The notes: generated by a model not told the origin, from the letters alone. Counted from the first letter of the stretch, positions 12,891-26,912 are shown. The stretch is DNA of 64,000 bases from Octopus vulgaris (GCA_951406725.2 OX597837.1:34100001-34164000), one strand, 5' to 3'. Numbers and translations: made by a program.

Positions 12891-14716
12891 GGAACACATG
12901 GAAAATTCACACACAAAACGTAGGCATACTCTTTCCTCGTCAGTCATCGTCCAAAAACCATAATTCCACGCCTTTGACGATAATATTGTTCATTTTGGTG
13001 GCGTCAACAGCAAAAGTCTGTGTCGATGCATAATTCTCCATTATAATGCCATATATATATATATATACATATATATTACACACACACAATCACATACAAA
13101 CATACAGGATGTATATGTGTGTATCCATGTTACATTAAATGCACGACTATGATCAACTTTTAATGAGACTGTGAAGTTCTAGAAACGTTGGATATGGATT
13201 TAGGAAGTCTGTTCTAAACGAACTTTAAAAAGCTAAGAAGAAAAATAACGATATAAAATAAAAACTAAAACTTGAATATAATCTCCTATACGAAAGGAAA
13301 CATGCATAAAGGCAAAGCTACTTTATGTGTGTGGAGGCACGTGGTAAGTGGTCAAGGGCGTGCCCCACCCTCTCTCTCTCTCACACACACAGTGTGAATT
13401 ATATTTAAATTTCATTGCGGGATACGCATTTCTGAAGATTTGACAATGTAATTAATTGGATTATATAATTTACATTATGTAACTGGGGACCGTCCTTTGT
13501 TAATGAAACGTACGTATGATGATGTAACTGTCTTATATACAAACTCTCTTGCTTCATATATAAAAATTATGTGGCCACTTGTACACTTCCGACTTACCAT
13601 TGGCAGAGCTTAGTCTATTTCAAGTATATGGTCTTTCCTATGAGGATAATAATCGATCCGTCTGGGATACAGAGACATCTGTAATGGCACCTGCCCTTGC
13701 TCTCAGCATTATGTAATTTCATATATGTGTCGCAGGAGTGCAACGAAACTTTTTTTGATATTCCATAGTAGACAGTACTTTAAAAAAAAAACTCAACGAA
13801 GAGTGAATATAAAATATTTCTATATTGTTTTACATAGCGAAAATTCGTTCTCCCACGATGTAACTACGATCTATGTATATACAGACATTAGTTTCGGCTT
13901 TCTTTTGGCTTTCACAGTAAAAGCGATTTTCCTCCTTAACCCTATTTTCGCGAATTTTCGGGACGCTCCCTCACTAGAAGTGGACATCACTCGTCTTGAA
14001 CTTCTACTACGTAGTGTGTGTTTGTGTGAGAGAGAGGGGTGGGTGGGGTGGGAGAAAGAGGCAGAGCTATGTTGAGAGAGATGCGTGTGTGACAAAGAGA
14101 GATGAAAGAGAGATAGTGAGAGAGATACGAGAGAGAGAGAGGGTGGGTTTGGGGCAACCTTACAACATCAGTCAGGCGTTCGGTATTTCCTCTTGTGAGA
14201 TTTTAGAATAAAAAAATAAAAAAGATACTGAAGTAAAATAAAAAAAAACAATAAAAAATAAAAATAAAGACTTTTTTTGAAAGTCACTCGATTTTGGAAG
14301 CTGGAATAGCAGTAGTAATAGCATCATTATTATTATTATTAATAGTAACATTAGTAGTCGTAGTAGTAGTAGTAATAAAAGGTGGTGGTGGTGGTGGTGG
14401 TGGTGCTGGTGATGGTGGGTAGCAGTGTAAAAGTCAAAATGGAGAGCGATACCCTTGTGATGCCATAATGGTAAAAAAAAAAAAAGTTCTGATAGTTTTA
14501 GGAATTAGAAGAGTGGGTGGGGGTCGGGTGGGTGGGTGGTGGCAACAGATTCTGGTTGAGGGCTGTGGGGTGGGTGGGGGTAAGGGTGGAGATTTTAATG
14601 TCATTGCTGCGTGTGGTTACAAACTGTATTCAAAGCATTTTGGGTTCGATTTACGAAGCCAGGTAACAGGGTCGGCCGAATCAGCACCTCCTCACACACA
14701 CACACACACATATACG

Positions 14717-15118
14717 AGGCTTTGTTGTAAGAAGCTTGCTTCCCAACAACATGGTTCCGGTTTCAGCCCCACTGCGTGGCATCTTGGGCAAGAGTCTTCT
14801 ACTATAGTCTCGGGCCGACCAAAGTCTTGCAAGTGGATTTTGGTAGACGGAAACTGAAAGAAGCCCGTCGTATATCTATTTAATTGAGAGCGTCTTTATG
14901 GCTACGTTTGTCCCCCCCACCACAGTTTGACTATCGGTGTTGGTTTGTTTACGTCCCTGTAACGTAGCGGTTTAACAAAAGAGACCGATAGAATAGGTAC
15001 CAGGCTTTGAAAACAATGTGTGTGTGTGTGTGGGGGGGTCGAATCGTTTAACTAAAATTTCTTCAAGGCTGTGCCCCAGCATGGCCACAGTCTAATGACT
15101 GAGCTAAGTAAAAAGAGT
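14717..15118 (+). mobile_element. Diverged family A SINE
   Basis: Head, CORE-like segment and tail are recognisable. Confidence 0.8.
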
Positions 15119-15439
15119 ACACACACACACACACACACACATCTATCTGCATGGTTGAGTGATTGAAGAGTTCGCTTTGCAACCGCGTGATTTTGGGTTC
15201 AGTCCCACTGCAAGGTATTTGGAAGAGGGGAAATTGTGTGGAAGCTCGTGATCGTACTAAACGAATATCACCGTTATACTAGCGGTGTTGTTCGTTTCTA
15301 GTCTTCAGTGAAAAACACGTTTGGCCGTGGAGAAATAACTACCTTGCTTAGAAAGAAATGAGAGTTGGCGACAGGGAGGGTATCCGTCCTTCGGAAATCT
15401 ACCTCAGTAAAATCTCCGACTGATCCATGCAAGAATGGA

Positions 15440-15497
<58 letters not shown>

Positions 15498-15524
15498 CCT
15501 TTGCGCCGCAATACGCGGCACTTG

Positions 15525-15775
15525 AGAAGAGTCGTCAAGCCACGTGAAATCGTAGTCGTGGCCGTTGTCAGTGTCATGCATATGGCACCCGTGCCGGTGG
15601 CACGTAAAAAGCACCCGTTACACTCTTGGAGTGGTTGGCATTAAGAAGGGCATCAAGCTATAGAAACCATGCCAAATCAGACTGGAATCTGGTGCAGCTC
15701 TCCGGGTTGCCAATTCCAGTCAAACCCTCTAACCCATGCCAGCATGGAAAGCAGACGTTAAATGATGATGACGAT
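15525..15775 (+). mobile_element. RTE LINE 3' UTR fragment
   Basis: gtgccggtggcacgtaaaaagcacc, ggcattaagaagggcatc and a (GAT)n tail, shared with 20763-21474. Confidence 0.7.
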
Positions 15776-15907
15776 ATATATATATATTTATACACTTAAA
15801 TAATTTATTACTCACATACATATGCATATACTTAAGTGTAGGAAAACACACACTATATACAGATACATAAATTATATATAAAAACACACACACAGTATAT
15901 ATATATA

Positions 15908-16311
15908 GGCGCAGGAGTGGCTGTGTGGTAAGTAGCTTGCTAACCAACCACATGGTTCCGGGTTCAGTCCCACTGCGTGGCACCTTGGGCAAATGTCTTC
16001 TGCTATAGCCCCGGGCCGACCAATGCCTTGTGAGTGGATTTGGTAGACGGAAACTGAAAGAAGCCCGTCGTATATATGTATATATATATAAGTGTGTGTG
16101 TGTGTGTGTGTCTGTGTTTGTCCCCCTAGCATTGCTTGACAACCGATGCTGGTGTGTTTACGTCCCCGTCACTTAGCGGTTCGGCAAAAGAGACCGATAG
16201 AATAAGTACTGGGCTTACAAAAAGAATAAGTCCCGGGGTCGATTTGCTCGACTAAAGGCGGTGCTCCAGCATGGCCGCAGTCAAATGACTGAAACAAGTA
16301 AAGAGTAAAAG
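15908..16311 (+). mobile_element. Family A CORE-type SINE
   Basis: Full length. Confidence 0.9.
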
Positions 16312-16786
16312 ATGCATAAATTATATATGAATATATACATACATACATATACACCCATACACCCATATCTATATATATATAACTTCTAAGCAGTATAATG
16401 GTAGTATAATAGACGTGATGGCTGTTGTTAATATTGGTGACGTAACAGTTGTAGCTATGGTAACGGTTATCGATTCCTTCATTGATTACTGACCATATCA
16501 CTTAAATATCCCTCCCCAACTAACCAACCAACCGACCTACCAACCTACCAGCCAGCCAGCCGACCACGCTTCGATCTGTTCTGCTTCAGTAAATTTATCA
16601 CACTGAGTTTAGTTAATCGAACGTTTATCGATAGATCCGGCTCCGGCAGATAATATGCGCGACATGTCACGTTTCCGATCTGATCTGGTGGCACCAGCCC
16701 GATGTCTGTCTGTCTGTCTGTGTGTCAATATATATACGCAGAAATAGCTGAATGGTTAAGAAATTCGTTTCGCAGTCGTGATACCT

Positions 16787-17378
16787 TATTTCTTTATTGC
16801 CCACAAGGGGCCAAACACAGAGAGGACAAACAAGAACAGACAAACGGATTAAGTCGATTATATCGACCCCAGTAACTGGTACTTATTTAATCGACCCCGA
16901 AAGGATGAAAGGCAAAGTCGACCTTGGCGAAATTTGAACTCACAACGTAACGACAGACGAAATACATATTTCTTTACTACCCACAAGGGGCTAAACACAG
17001 AGGGGACAAACAAGGACAGACAAACGGATTAAGTCGATTACATCGACCCCAGTGCGTAATTGGTACTTAATTTACCGACCCCGAAAGGATGAAAGGCAAA
17101 GTCGACCTCGGCGGAATTTGAACTCACAACGTAACGACAGACGAAATACCTATTTCTTTATTACCCACAAGGGGCTAAACATAGAGGGGACAAACAAGGA
17201 CAGACAGGTATTAAGTCGATTATATCGACCCCAGTGCGTAACTGGTACTTAATTTATCAACCCCGAAAGGATGAAAGGCAAAGTCGACCTTGGCGGAATT
17301 TGAACTCACAACGTAACGACAGACGAAATACGGCAACCCATATCGCCCGGCGTGCTAACGTTTCTGCCAGCTCGCCGC
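16787..17378 (-). mobile_element. Family B (Deu/Nin-domain) SINE, tandem trimer
   Basis: One tRNA head at 17378 followed by three units of about 180 bp. Confidence 0.9.
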
Positions 17379-17792
17379 CATGATACCCCAGGTTCAAACC
17401 CACCGCGAAACACCTCGAATAGATATCTTGTACATACGAGATATTAATTATGGACAAATTGTGACCTGCGGGGTTTTCCGAATGGTAAGCTTCACGAAAA
17501 ATTACCTCGAATTTTTTTTTTCATTAGTGCGACCCACCTGTCTCCCGTGGCTCGCAACTCGAAAAAAAGGTTGTCCATGCGTGCTCTATAGTTTGAGCGA
17601 GCTAACGAAGATGCCTCGGCGTGGTTGCCTGATAGGAGAAATAGTACCGTAATCTCACTCAAATCACTGGAATGAGACTATTGGGCGCAGCAGTTTAGGC
17701 GCGGTTCACTGAATATTCAACCTGTTTCGGTGACCGTACGTTTTAGCACTGGAGGCAAATAAACACACACAAACATAGAAACAAAAGTAGCT

Positions 17793-17853
<61 letters not shown>

Positions 17854-18064
17854 ACCTTTATGCTACCGATTCTGCTAGCTGTAGACATATGTGTATCATT
17901 ACTGCGATCTGGCAGAATCGTTAGCATGCTGGACAAAGTGCTTAACGGCATTTCGACCGTCTTTACGTTCTGAGTTCGAATTCCGTCGAGGTCGACTTTG
18001 CATTTCATCCTTTCGGTATTGATAAAGTAAATTCCAGAATAGTAGTCGAGTGCTAGTGTCGATA

Positions 18065-18687
18065 CGATCGACTTACCCCAACCCCCACCTAAAAAAAATT
18101 CAAGCTTTTTGCCTATAGTAGAAACGACCATCATCATCATCATCATCACAACCAACATCATAGCGGCGATCTGGCAGAATCGTCAGCGGCGTTGGACTTC
18201 TTCCAATTGCGAGTTCAAATCCCGCCGAGGTCATCCTTGCCTTTCGTCTTTCCGAGTTCGTAACAATAAAGCACCAGTCGCGTACTGTGGGCGATGTTAT
18301 CAACTAACCGCTTCCTTCAAAGAATTTTCTAAATTGGAAAAACTTCCCTTGCCGAAGGCTGGCGTGATGGTGGTTCGATCGACTTACCCCAACCCCCACC
18401 TAAAAAAATTCAAGATTTTTGCCTATAGTAGAAACGACCATCGTCATCATCATCACAACCAACATCATAGCGGCGATCTGGCAGAATCGTCAGCGGCGTT
18501 GGACTTCTTCCAATTGCGAGTTCAAATCCCGCCGAGGTCATCCTTGCCTTTCGTCTTTCCGAGTTCGTAACAATAAAACACCAGTCGCGTACTGTGGGCG
18601 ATGTTATCGACTAACCGCTTCCTTCAAAGAATTTTCTAAATTGGAAAAAACTTCTCTTTGCCCAAGGCTGGCGTGATGATGGTGGTT
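18065..18687. repeat. Direct tandem duplication, period 311 bp
   Basis: cgatcgacttaccccaacccccacct at 18065 and 18376; the units are nearly identical and contain a decayed family B SINE. Confidence 0.92.
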
Positions 18688-19612
18688 AGAGAGTTCTTTG
18701 ATCATGTGACAGTAAAACACGTGACGAGAAAGAAAGGCCGACAGTTCGTCAAAAGGTCAGACAGATGAGAGATGTTTTTAACAAGTGTCCTTTCTCTATA
18801 AAAACAAAACAAAACAAATAGGCAGGAAAAAATTGAACAAAAAAAAAAAACTTTCATAACAGTTGGTACTGACGCCCTCCAACCACACTCACACACAGTT
18901 GCTGTGTTCACTGGACCGTGAACAGAATGAACCGTAACATTAGCGTATAATTAAACAGAACCCTCACTGCTACAACAACGATGACGATCATCAACTACCA
19001 CCACCACCACCACCACCACCACTACTACTACTATCACCACTACCGCCGCCACATCTACTATTATCACCACACAACGAATAATAACAACACTAGCACCATC
19101 ATCACTACCACCACCACCATCGTCAGAGAAAGCTGGTAAGATCAACAAATGGAAGTCTGTTGGCTAAAAGAAAAATTTGCCTGAATAATTGCAAGCAAAA
19201 GCACCAACTGCTCTTTCTTGAAACATCTGAGACGGAGTTTCTTTTCATTAACTCAATCACCCGACACCACCCTATAATGACTTCTTAGTATTCAACGAAA
19301 ATAAAATATAAATTAAAAAACTATATATATATATATATATATAGATATATTAATAAATAAAACATATGCATATATATAAACATATATGTAGGTACCAACC
19401 TCTACATGTACATATACACACATATATGAGTACAGGACACCAAAGGGACGTCGAACACAATGAGAAACGAAAACATAGACACAAACCAAAGGAACTGGAC
19501 ATTTTTTTAAACAACAAAAAAATAGAGTACAGGACAATTAACACAAAGAAAAAGAAAAACCCCTTCTTCAGTCGCTATGGTTTCATCTACTCTACGTTTC
19601 GAAGGTGAAAGC

Positions 19613-19639
<27 letters not shown>

Positions 19640-19643
<4 letters not shown>

Positions 19644-19922
19644 CGTGACCGACCAGGCTATCAGATGTTGCTACACATCGCTGGTCACAATGCGCTTCGC
19701 ATTGCTTTAGTCTTCAAATGACACCACCCCGCTCTAAGAAAGAGTGAGAGAAAGTTGTGGCGAAAGAGTACAGCAGGGATCTCCACCACCCCCTGCCGGA
19801 GACGCGTGGAGCTTTAGGTGTTTTCGCTCAATAAACACTCACAACGCTCGGCCTGGGAATCGAAACCGCGATCCTACAACTGCGAGTCCATTGCCCTAAC
19901 CACTGGGCCATTGCGCCTTCAC
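19640..19922 (-). mobile_element. Family C tRNA-derived SINE (variant tail)
   Basis: Minus head ggcgcaatggcccagtggttaggg...gtttcgattccc; body shared with the 56285 copy. Confidence 0.8.
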
Positions 19923-20031
19923 ACACATATATATATATATATATAAAGGTGTTGATGGTGGTGGCATCAGAAGTCTGAATGGTGTGCATTGCAGTTGTGG
20001 TGGCGATGGTGAAGGTTGAAAACAATCAACA

Positions 20032-20071
<40 letters not shown>

Positions 20072-20395
20072 AGAGGTTGGAAAAAAAAACTGTACTGAAC
20101 CCTGAATGGGAAGACAAAAAGGGTTGTTTATCATGCAGCTTTGCAATAAGTTCCAAGTCGACAAATTATATCATTGTGTTTTGATGAAAACTGTTCATTG
20201 CTTGAAAAATATTGATCAAGTTTAATAAAACTTTATATGTACTCAATGCATTAAGTGTCGTTGTTGGGCCCAAGGCCCAATGAAGAGCCCTCCACAGGAG
20301 CTAGCTTAACCCTTTAGTGTTCAGTTTAGTCTGTAATGTTTATTTATTCACAATGCTTTGAATTTATCATGCATTATCTTATAACTTCAAAATAC

Positions 20396-20475
<80 letters not shown>

Positions 20476-20762
20476 TATAAATAGATGAGAAGATTGCATT
20501 GTTTATACCATTTATTCTTTTGAATAATATCAGTGGAATTTTCGAAACATGTGTCGAAAGTAAAAATATTTGATTTATACCTGCGTTAAACTCCTATTTA
20601 TATATTCATATATATATGTGTGTGTGTATGTATTAATAGTTATCGCCAAGCTAATATGGCAGTCCAGAAATATAGGATGAATGCTGCCTCTAGCTAGCTA
20701 TGTGACACACGAATCTGTGTCCATTATAACCTTCGAAAAGAGGAGGTCAGCCGGTTCCCTTT

Positions 20763-21474
20763 GCTGTGGAAGAGGTAGACCCAGGAAGACCTGGGATGAA
20801 GTGGTGAAGCATGACCTTCGAACATTAGGCCTCACCAAAGCAATGACTAGTGACTGGGACCTTTGGAAATATGCTGTGCTTGAGAAGACTTGGCAAGCCA
20901 AGTGAGACCATAACCTCGTGGCCTATGGCAGGGGTGTAACCAGCCCACTTATGCATACCTTTCCTTCATTGGACACTAAACTCTGCTTGCGATGATCTGT
21001 TGAGGTAAGTGAAATCGAAATCAAATTCGATGACTGGCATCTGTGCTAGTGGAGCGCTAAGAGCACCATCTGAGCATGATCATTGACAGAGCAGCTGACT
21101 GGCTTCCGTGCCGGTGGCACATAAAAAGCACCATTCAAGCGTGATCGTTACCAGCATCGCCTTACTGGCACCTGTGCCAGTGGCACATGAAAAAACACTT
21201 GAGTGAGGTCTTTGCCAGTGCCACTGGACTGGCTCCTGTGCAGGTGGCATGTAAAAAAACACCATTTGTGCACGGCCGTTGCCAGTACCGCCTGACTGGC
21301 CCTGCTGCCGGTGGCACGTAAAAGCACCCACTACACTTTTGGAGTGGTTGGCGTTAGGAAGGGCATCCAGCTGTAGAAACCCTGCGAGATCAGATTGGAG
21401 CCTGGTGCAGCCATCTGGTTCACCAGCCCTTAGTCAAATTGTTCAAGCGGACGTTAAACGATGATGATGATGAT
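20763..21474 (+). mobile_element. 5'-truncated RTE-clade LINE (ORF end plus 3' UTR)
   Basis: GRGRPRKTWDEVVKHDLRTLGLTKAMTSDWDLWKYAV, then a UTR with ggcgttaggaagggcatccagc and a (GAT)n tail. Confidence 0.85.
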
Positions 21475-22020
21475 ATATATGTATGTATATATGTGCATAC
21501 ATGACTGACATTTTATTTTATTGACTCCAGAAAGATGAAAGCGAAAATTGGAAATCAATTTAGTCAAACTCTAAGTATAAAGCTTTCATATAATATCTGA
21601 TATTTCATTGTACTTCACTGCGTACTCATTTCTCCTTGTCTGCACTAATGTACTTGCATTTTACATTACATTCATACACCACATAAACTGCATAGCTACA
21701 CACAACACAATACATACAACAAACATAATACACCTATATTTCAAACACATAGTACCAGCCTACATTTCATACTTATATTACACTCCCCCAAACTTCATAC
21801 ATAGAATACACTCCCTACACAATGTATGCATATACACTACATGTATACATTCCATATATAAACACATATACATAAATACATGTGCATTATATACATAAGA
21901 TATACATGTTATAAACATACATTTCATATATACATGCAAAATACATGCGCATTATATACATAATATACACGCATACATTTCATACATACATACACACATT
22001 ATATACACAAATGGCATTAT

Positions 22021-22432
22021 GATGTGCTTGAGAAGAAGACCCATCAAGCCAAGTAAAATCGTAGTTGTGGCACATGCCGGAGTCACACAAATGGCACCCA
22101 TGCCGGTGGCACATAAAAGCACCCATGCCGGTGGCACATTAAAGCACCCATGCCGGTGTCACACAAATGGCACCCATGCCGGTGGCACATAAAAGCACCC
22201 ATGCCGTTGGCACATAAAAGCACCCATGCCAGTGCCACACAAATGGCACCCATGCCGGTGGCACATAAAAGCACTCATTACACTCTCAGAGTGTAATGGT
22301 TGGTGTTAGGAAAAGCATCCGGCCATAGCAAACCCTGCCAAATCAGAATGGACCTTGGTGCAGCCTTGGTCAAACCGGCCAACCCATGCCAGTATGGACA
22401 ACAATGGATGTTAAATGATGATGATGATGATG
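22021..22432 (+). mobile_element. RTE 3' UTR fragment with an internal 25/26-bp minisatellite (22070-22275)
   Basis: Eight units of gcacccatgccggtggcacataaaa / gcacccatgccggtgtcacacaaatg; (GAT)n tail. Confidence 0.8.
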
Positions 22433-22808
22433 ACACAGTAGATAAAGGAAAGTTTCTCGTAACCGGGATTCTGGTTGTTACCCCATCCAGCAGAGAAAGA
22501 TTTATTATCCATCCTTTATCCATTTCAAAGCTAGAAGAAACCAGAACCAACCACCACCACCACCACCCACCACCACCACCACCACCATCACCATGACCAC
22601 CACCACCACCACCATGACCACTACCACCACCACCGCCGCCACCATGACCACCACCACCACCACCGTTCCTTGTGTTGTTGGACGGTGCAGATATCCAGAT
22701 AATTACTAGCGAGCTACCCAGCTAATCCATCAGCTTTGTGACGAATCTCAGTGATGTTAGTGCAGCGAGTTTAATTATTACGCGGTGGTGATACTGACTG
22801 CAGCGGTC

Positions 22809-22822
22809 GTTGCCATGGTTAC
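22809..22822 (-). promoter_or_regulatory. RFX X-box consensus site
   Basis: Minus strand GTAACC-AT-GGCAAC fits GTNRCC(N0-3)RGYAAC, inside a CpG-containing unique island (22665-22960). Confidence 0.4.
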
Positions 22823-23403
22823 ATAATGCAGCAGAAAAGTTTGTCAGGCAGCCGTGCAGCCAGCCAGCCAGTCAGCCATGCAGACGGACGGACGGACGGC
22901 AAGATAAGCACTGACAGTGTTTCGGTGTTTGCAACCAAAACCTGCCTTCGTTCACTACTCTGGCTTCAGTCGCTGCTGCTGCTGATGATGATGCTGCTGT
23001 TGCTGATGATGATGCTGATGATGTTGTTGATGTTGTTGTTGATGTTGCACCACCTGTTTTCTCTTTTATCAGTGTAAGACAAGACTAACAACAGTCTCTC
23101 GGAGATTAGGAGAGACGCAGGGAGGAAAGAAAAGGAGAAAGAGTACAAGACAGGAAGAGCGAAAGAAGAAGTACAGATGCAATAATAACAGGAGCGGGGG
23201 GAGAGGAAGGAAAGAGTAGAGATAAAAAGAAAAAAAAAATGCAAGAAGGAAAGAGAAAGAGAAAGTATTTTAACATCTGATGGCAACCCAACCCTTTCTG
23301 CTCTGCTGCCAGATTTCTGTTGAAATACACTGATTCTGCTTCAATTAATTTTTTTGTAAATGAAGAATTTAGTAAAATAACTGTCATTATTAAATGGTGT
23401 TTA

Positions 23404-23948
23404 AGGCGGCAAGCTGGCAGAATTGTTAAGTGTGCCAGGCAAAATGCTTAGCGGCATTTCGTCTGTCTTTATGTTCTGAGTTCAAATTCCACCGAGGTTG
23501 ACTTTGCCTTTCGTCCTTTCGGGGGGGGTCGATAAATTAAATACCAGGCGCAGGAGTAGCTGTGTGGTAAGTAGCTTGTTTACCAACCACATGGTTCCAG
23601 GTTCAGTCCCACTGCGTGGCACCTTGGGCAAGTGTCTTCTACTATAGCCTCGGGCCGACCAAAGCCTTGTGAGTGGATTTGGTAGACGGAAACTGAAAGA
23701 AGCCCGTTGTATATATGTATATGTGTGTGTGTGTGCATTTGTGTGTGAGTTTATGTGTTTGTCCCCTCAACATCGCTTGACAACCGATGCTGGTGTGTTT
23801 ACATTTCTGTTTACATTAGCGGTTCTGCAAAACATACCGATAGAATAAGTACTGGGCTTACAAAGAATAAGTCCCCGGGTCGATTTGATCGACTAGAGGC
23901 AGTGCTCCAGCATGGCCACAGTCAAATGACTGAAACAAGTAAAAGAGG
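23404..23948 (+). mobile_element. Family B SINE 5' part joined to a full family A SINE (from 23547)
   Basis: Sequence match to other copies. Confidence 0.85.
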
Positions 23949-25289
23949 TTTCGAGTTGGATCAGTTTAAAAGAGAAAGTTTTGTATGACAGAACTAAATG
24001 TGGTCTCAGGTGGATTAGCATCAAAAGGGTTAATATGGTAATCCTCTATGAGAAGAATGTTGTTGTTTAACCCTCAAATCACATTTGATTAAGAAGATTA
24101 AGAAAGTCATTCAGATTATTCAAACATAGTCTAAGAAACAATTTTTTCAAAGATCTGACTGCTATTTCTAGTATATGAAGCGACCACAGACAGGAGCCAC
24201 TCCTCTACTTACAGTTAGCTACTGTCTGTGTTCTGTACTGCATCAGTACAACTAGGAACCTTTGGCTGTGTGGTTAAGAAGCCTGCTTTGCAACCACATG
24301 GATTCAGGTTCAGTCCCACTATATAGCACCTTGGGCAAGCTTCTTCTCCTATGGCCCCAGGCCGACCAATGCCTTGTGAGTGAATTTGAAAGACAGAAAC
24401 TGTGTGGAAGCCTGCTGTCAGCCACCAATACTTGACAAATGGTGTTGGTTTGTTTATGTCTCCACAACTTAGCAGTTTGGCAAAAAAATCTGATAGAATA
24501 AGTAACAGACTTTAAAACCATATGAAACAGCAGGGCTGACCTGTTTGACCAAACTGTCTGGGGCAGTGCCCTGCATGGCCACAGCCCAGTGACTGAAAGG
24601 ACCACGAAGTGACAGGATTGTCCTCAATTGTCAGCTGCTAAGACAGAGAAGGTTCCTGGTATGGCAAAGTTATCTGACTAAATTCTTCATTATTTTCAAA
24701 GTTAATTGAGCATGGCCACAGCTCATGAGCTGAAACTAGAATCAATCAATCAATCAAAGGTAGAGTATTCCAACAGAAATATGGTAACAAAAGGGTTAAA
24801 GTGATCTAAATTAAAACTTCCATCAAAATTTCATATTAATTAAGGGTTATTAAATTATTTCTCATTTCCAGGGCATCCAGCTGTAGAAACCATGCCACAA
24901 CAGACAATTGGAGTCTGGACAGCTCCTCAGCTGGCCAGCTCCAAGTCAAACCGTCCAACTCATGCCAGCATGGAAAGCAGACGTTAAATGATGATAATAA
25001 TGACCCCTAACTTCTCTTTCACCATACCACTAATCTCCCACCTTAATGATTTTACATACATCTCCATCACCAATAACATCAATTACTAAAATCTCACCTT
25101 CGCCATCTGATACCATATATACCTCATTATCACCATCCCTTTGGGACATCATTACAAACCCTTGTAACACCATTGAGACCTTCCACCTGTCCAGCCCGCA
25201 GTATGGGGGTTCGAGATGTTTGTTGGGACAGGTGGAAATTTGTCTTTCTAAAAAAGATTCTTTGTATAACTGCACTGCAAAGTCCAGTC

Positions 25290-25690
25290 CTTAGTGATGT
25301 CCAGTGTGACTCAATGACTCTGGAAAGCTCTGCTAGTGGAGTGCAAGTCCCTGGTAGGGGTTTCTTCCCATGCTGGACAGGTCAAAGGACAGGGACCAGA
25401 CTAATATGGATCTTCCCTTCTTCCCAGCGGTAAAAAGTGGATTCGTGTAGGGCCAACACCCCTATCTATAGAAAAAACAGCAAAGGTACAGAAGCATTGA
25501 CGGCAATTCAAAACCAACAAAATTTTGTGGGGAGGAAGGTCTTTCATCAGGGACACATATGATGTGGTGCAGCAAAATTCAAAAGGACTAGGGGTCCAAC
25601 TAGAGAGAAGCAGAAAAGACAACAGAGAGTGAAGACCAGCAGAGAAATGTCCTTGATGACCTCTGCTCCTCATGGAGCAAAAGGCTTAAG
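25290..25690 (+). mobile_element. Probable internally deleted, old RTE-like element
   Basis: catgctggacaggtcaaagg...ccagactaa and gggccaacacccctatc resemble RTE 5' regions; tgacctctgctcctcatggagcaaaaggcttaagt resembles an RTE 3' end. Recognised from memory. Confidence 0.4.
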
Positions 25691-26086
25691 TGAAGACCTA
25701 ATACAGAGCTGGCTCTTCATCAGTTACAATGATGGGTGTTCCAGTCGATCTGTTCAATAGAACAGCCTGCTTGTGAAATTAACAGGCAAGTGGCTGAGTA
25801 CTCCATGGACGTGTATTGTTGATGTAGTTTTCAGAGAGATTCAGCATAACATTAGAATGTAACATGGTTGACCCTTTGAATAACATGTACAACATATTTT
25901 TGCCAGCTGAGTGGACCGGAGCAACAAGAAATAAAGAGTCTTGCTTAAGGACACAATGCGCTGCTGGGAATTGAATTCACAACCTTATGATTGAGAGTCG
26001 AATACCTCAACCACTAAGCCATATATATATATATATATATACATAAATAAATATACATATATACATACATACATACATACATTTAA

Positions 26087-26318
26087 GGCGGCGAGCTGGT
26101 AGAAGCGTTAGCACGCCGGGCGAAATGCTAAGCGGTATTTCGTCTGCCGCTACGTTCTGAGTTCAAATCCCGCCGAGGTCGACTTTGCCTTTCATCCTTT
26201 CGGGGTCGATTAAATAAGTACCAGTTACACACTGGGGTCGATATAATCGACTTAATCCGTTTGTCTGTCCTTGTTTGTCCCGTCTGTGTTTAGCCCCTTG
26301 TGGGTAGTAAAGAAATAG
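26087..26318 (+). mobile_element. Family B (Deu/Nin-domain) SINE, full monomer
   Basis: ggcggcgagctggtagaagcgttagc, box B gagttcaaatcc, Deu-like gcctttcatcctttcggggtcgat. Confidence 0.9.
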
Positions 26319-26493
26319 ATATACATTAGCATGTAAAAAGCACTATCCGAACATGGACTATATATGACGGGCTTCTTTCAGTTTCCTTCTACCAAATCCT
26401 TTCCCAAGGTGCCACGTAATGAGATTGAACATGGAACCATGTGGTTGGGAAGCAAGCTTCTTACTTCACAACCGTGTCTGTTAGAGAAATATA

Positions 26494-26912
26494 ACTCTTT
26501 TACTCTTTTACTTGTTTCAGTCATTTGACTGCGGCCATGCTGGAGCACCGCCTTTAGTCGAGCAAATCGACCCCGGGACTTATTCTTTGTAAGCCCAGTA
26601 CTTATTCTATCGGTCTCTTTTGCCGAACTGCTAAGTGACAGGGACGTAAACACACCAGCATCGGTTGTCAAGCAATGCCAGGGAAGACAAACACAGACAC
26701 ACAAACACATACACACACACACATATATATATATATATATGCATATATACGACAGGCTTCTTTCAGTTTCCGTCTACCAAATTCACTCACAAGGCTTTGG
26801 TCGGCCCGGGGCTATAGCAGAAGACACTTGGCCAAGATGCCACGCAGTGGGACTGAACCCGGAACCATGTGGTTGGTTAGCAAGCTACTTACCACACAGC
26901 CACTCCTGCACC
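26494..26912 (-). mobile_element. Family A CORE-type SINE
   Basis: Full length, reverse orientation. Confidence 0.9.

Noticed and set aside
20515-20562. Possible decayed hammerhead (GAAACATGTGTC)
   Set aside because: The core is too degenerate to support a call.
22070-22275. CRISPR-like short palindromic repeats
   Set aside because: No unique spacers, no cas genes, eukaryotic LINE context.
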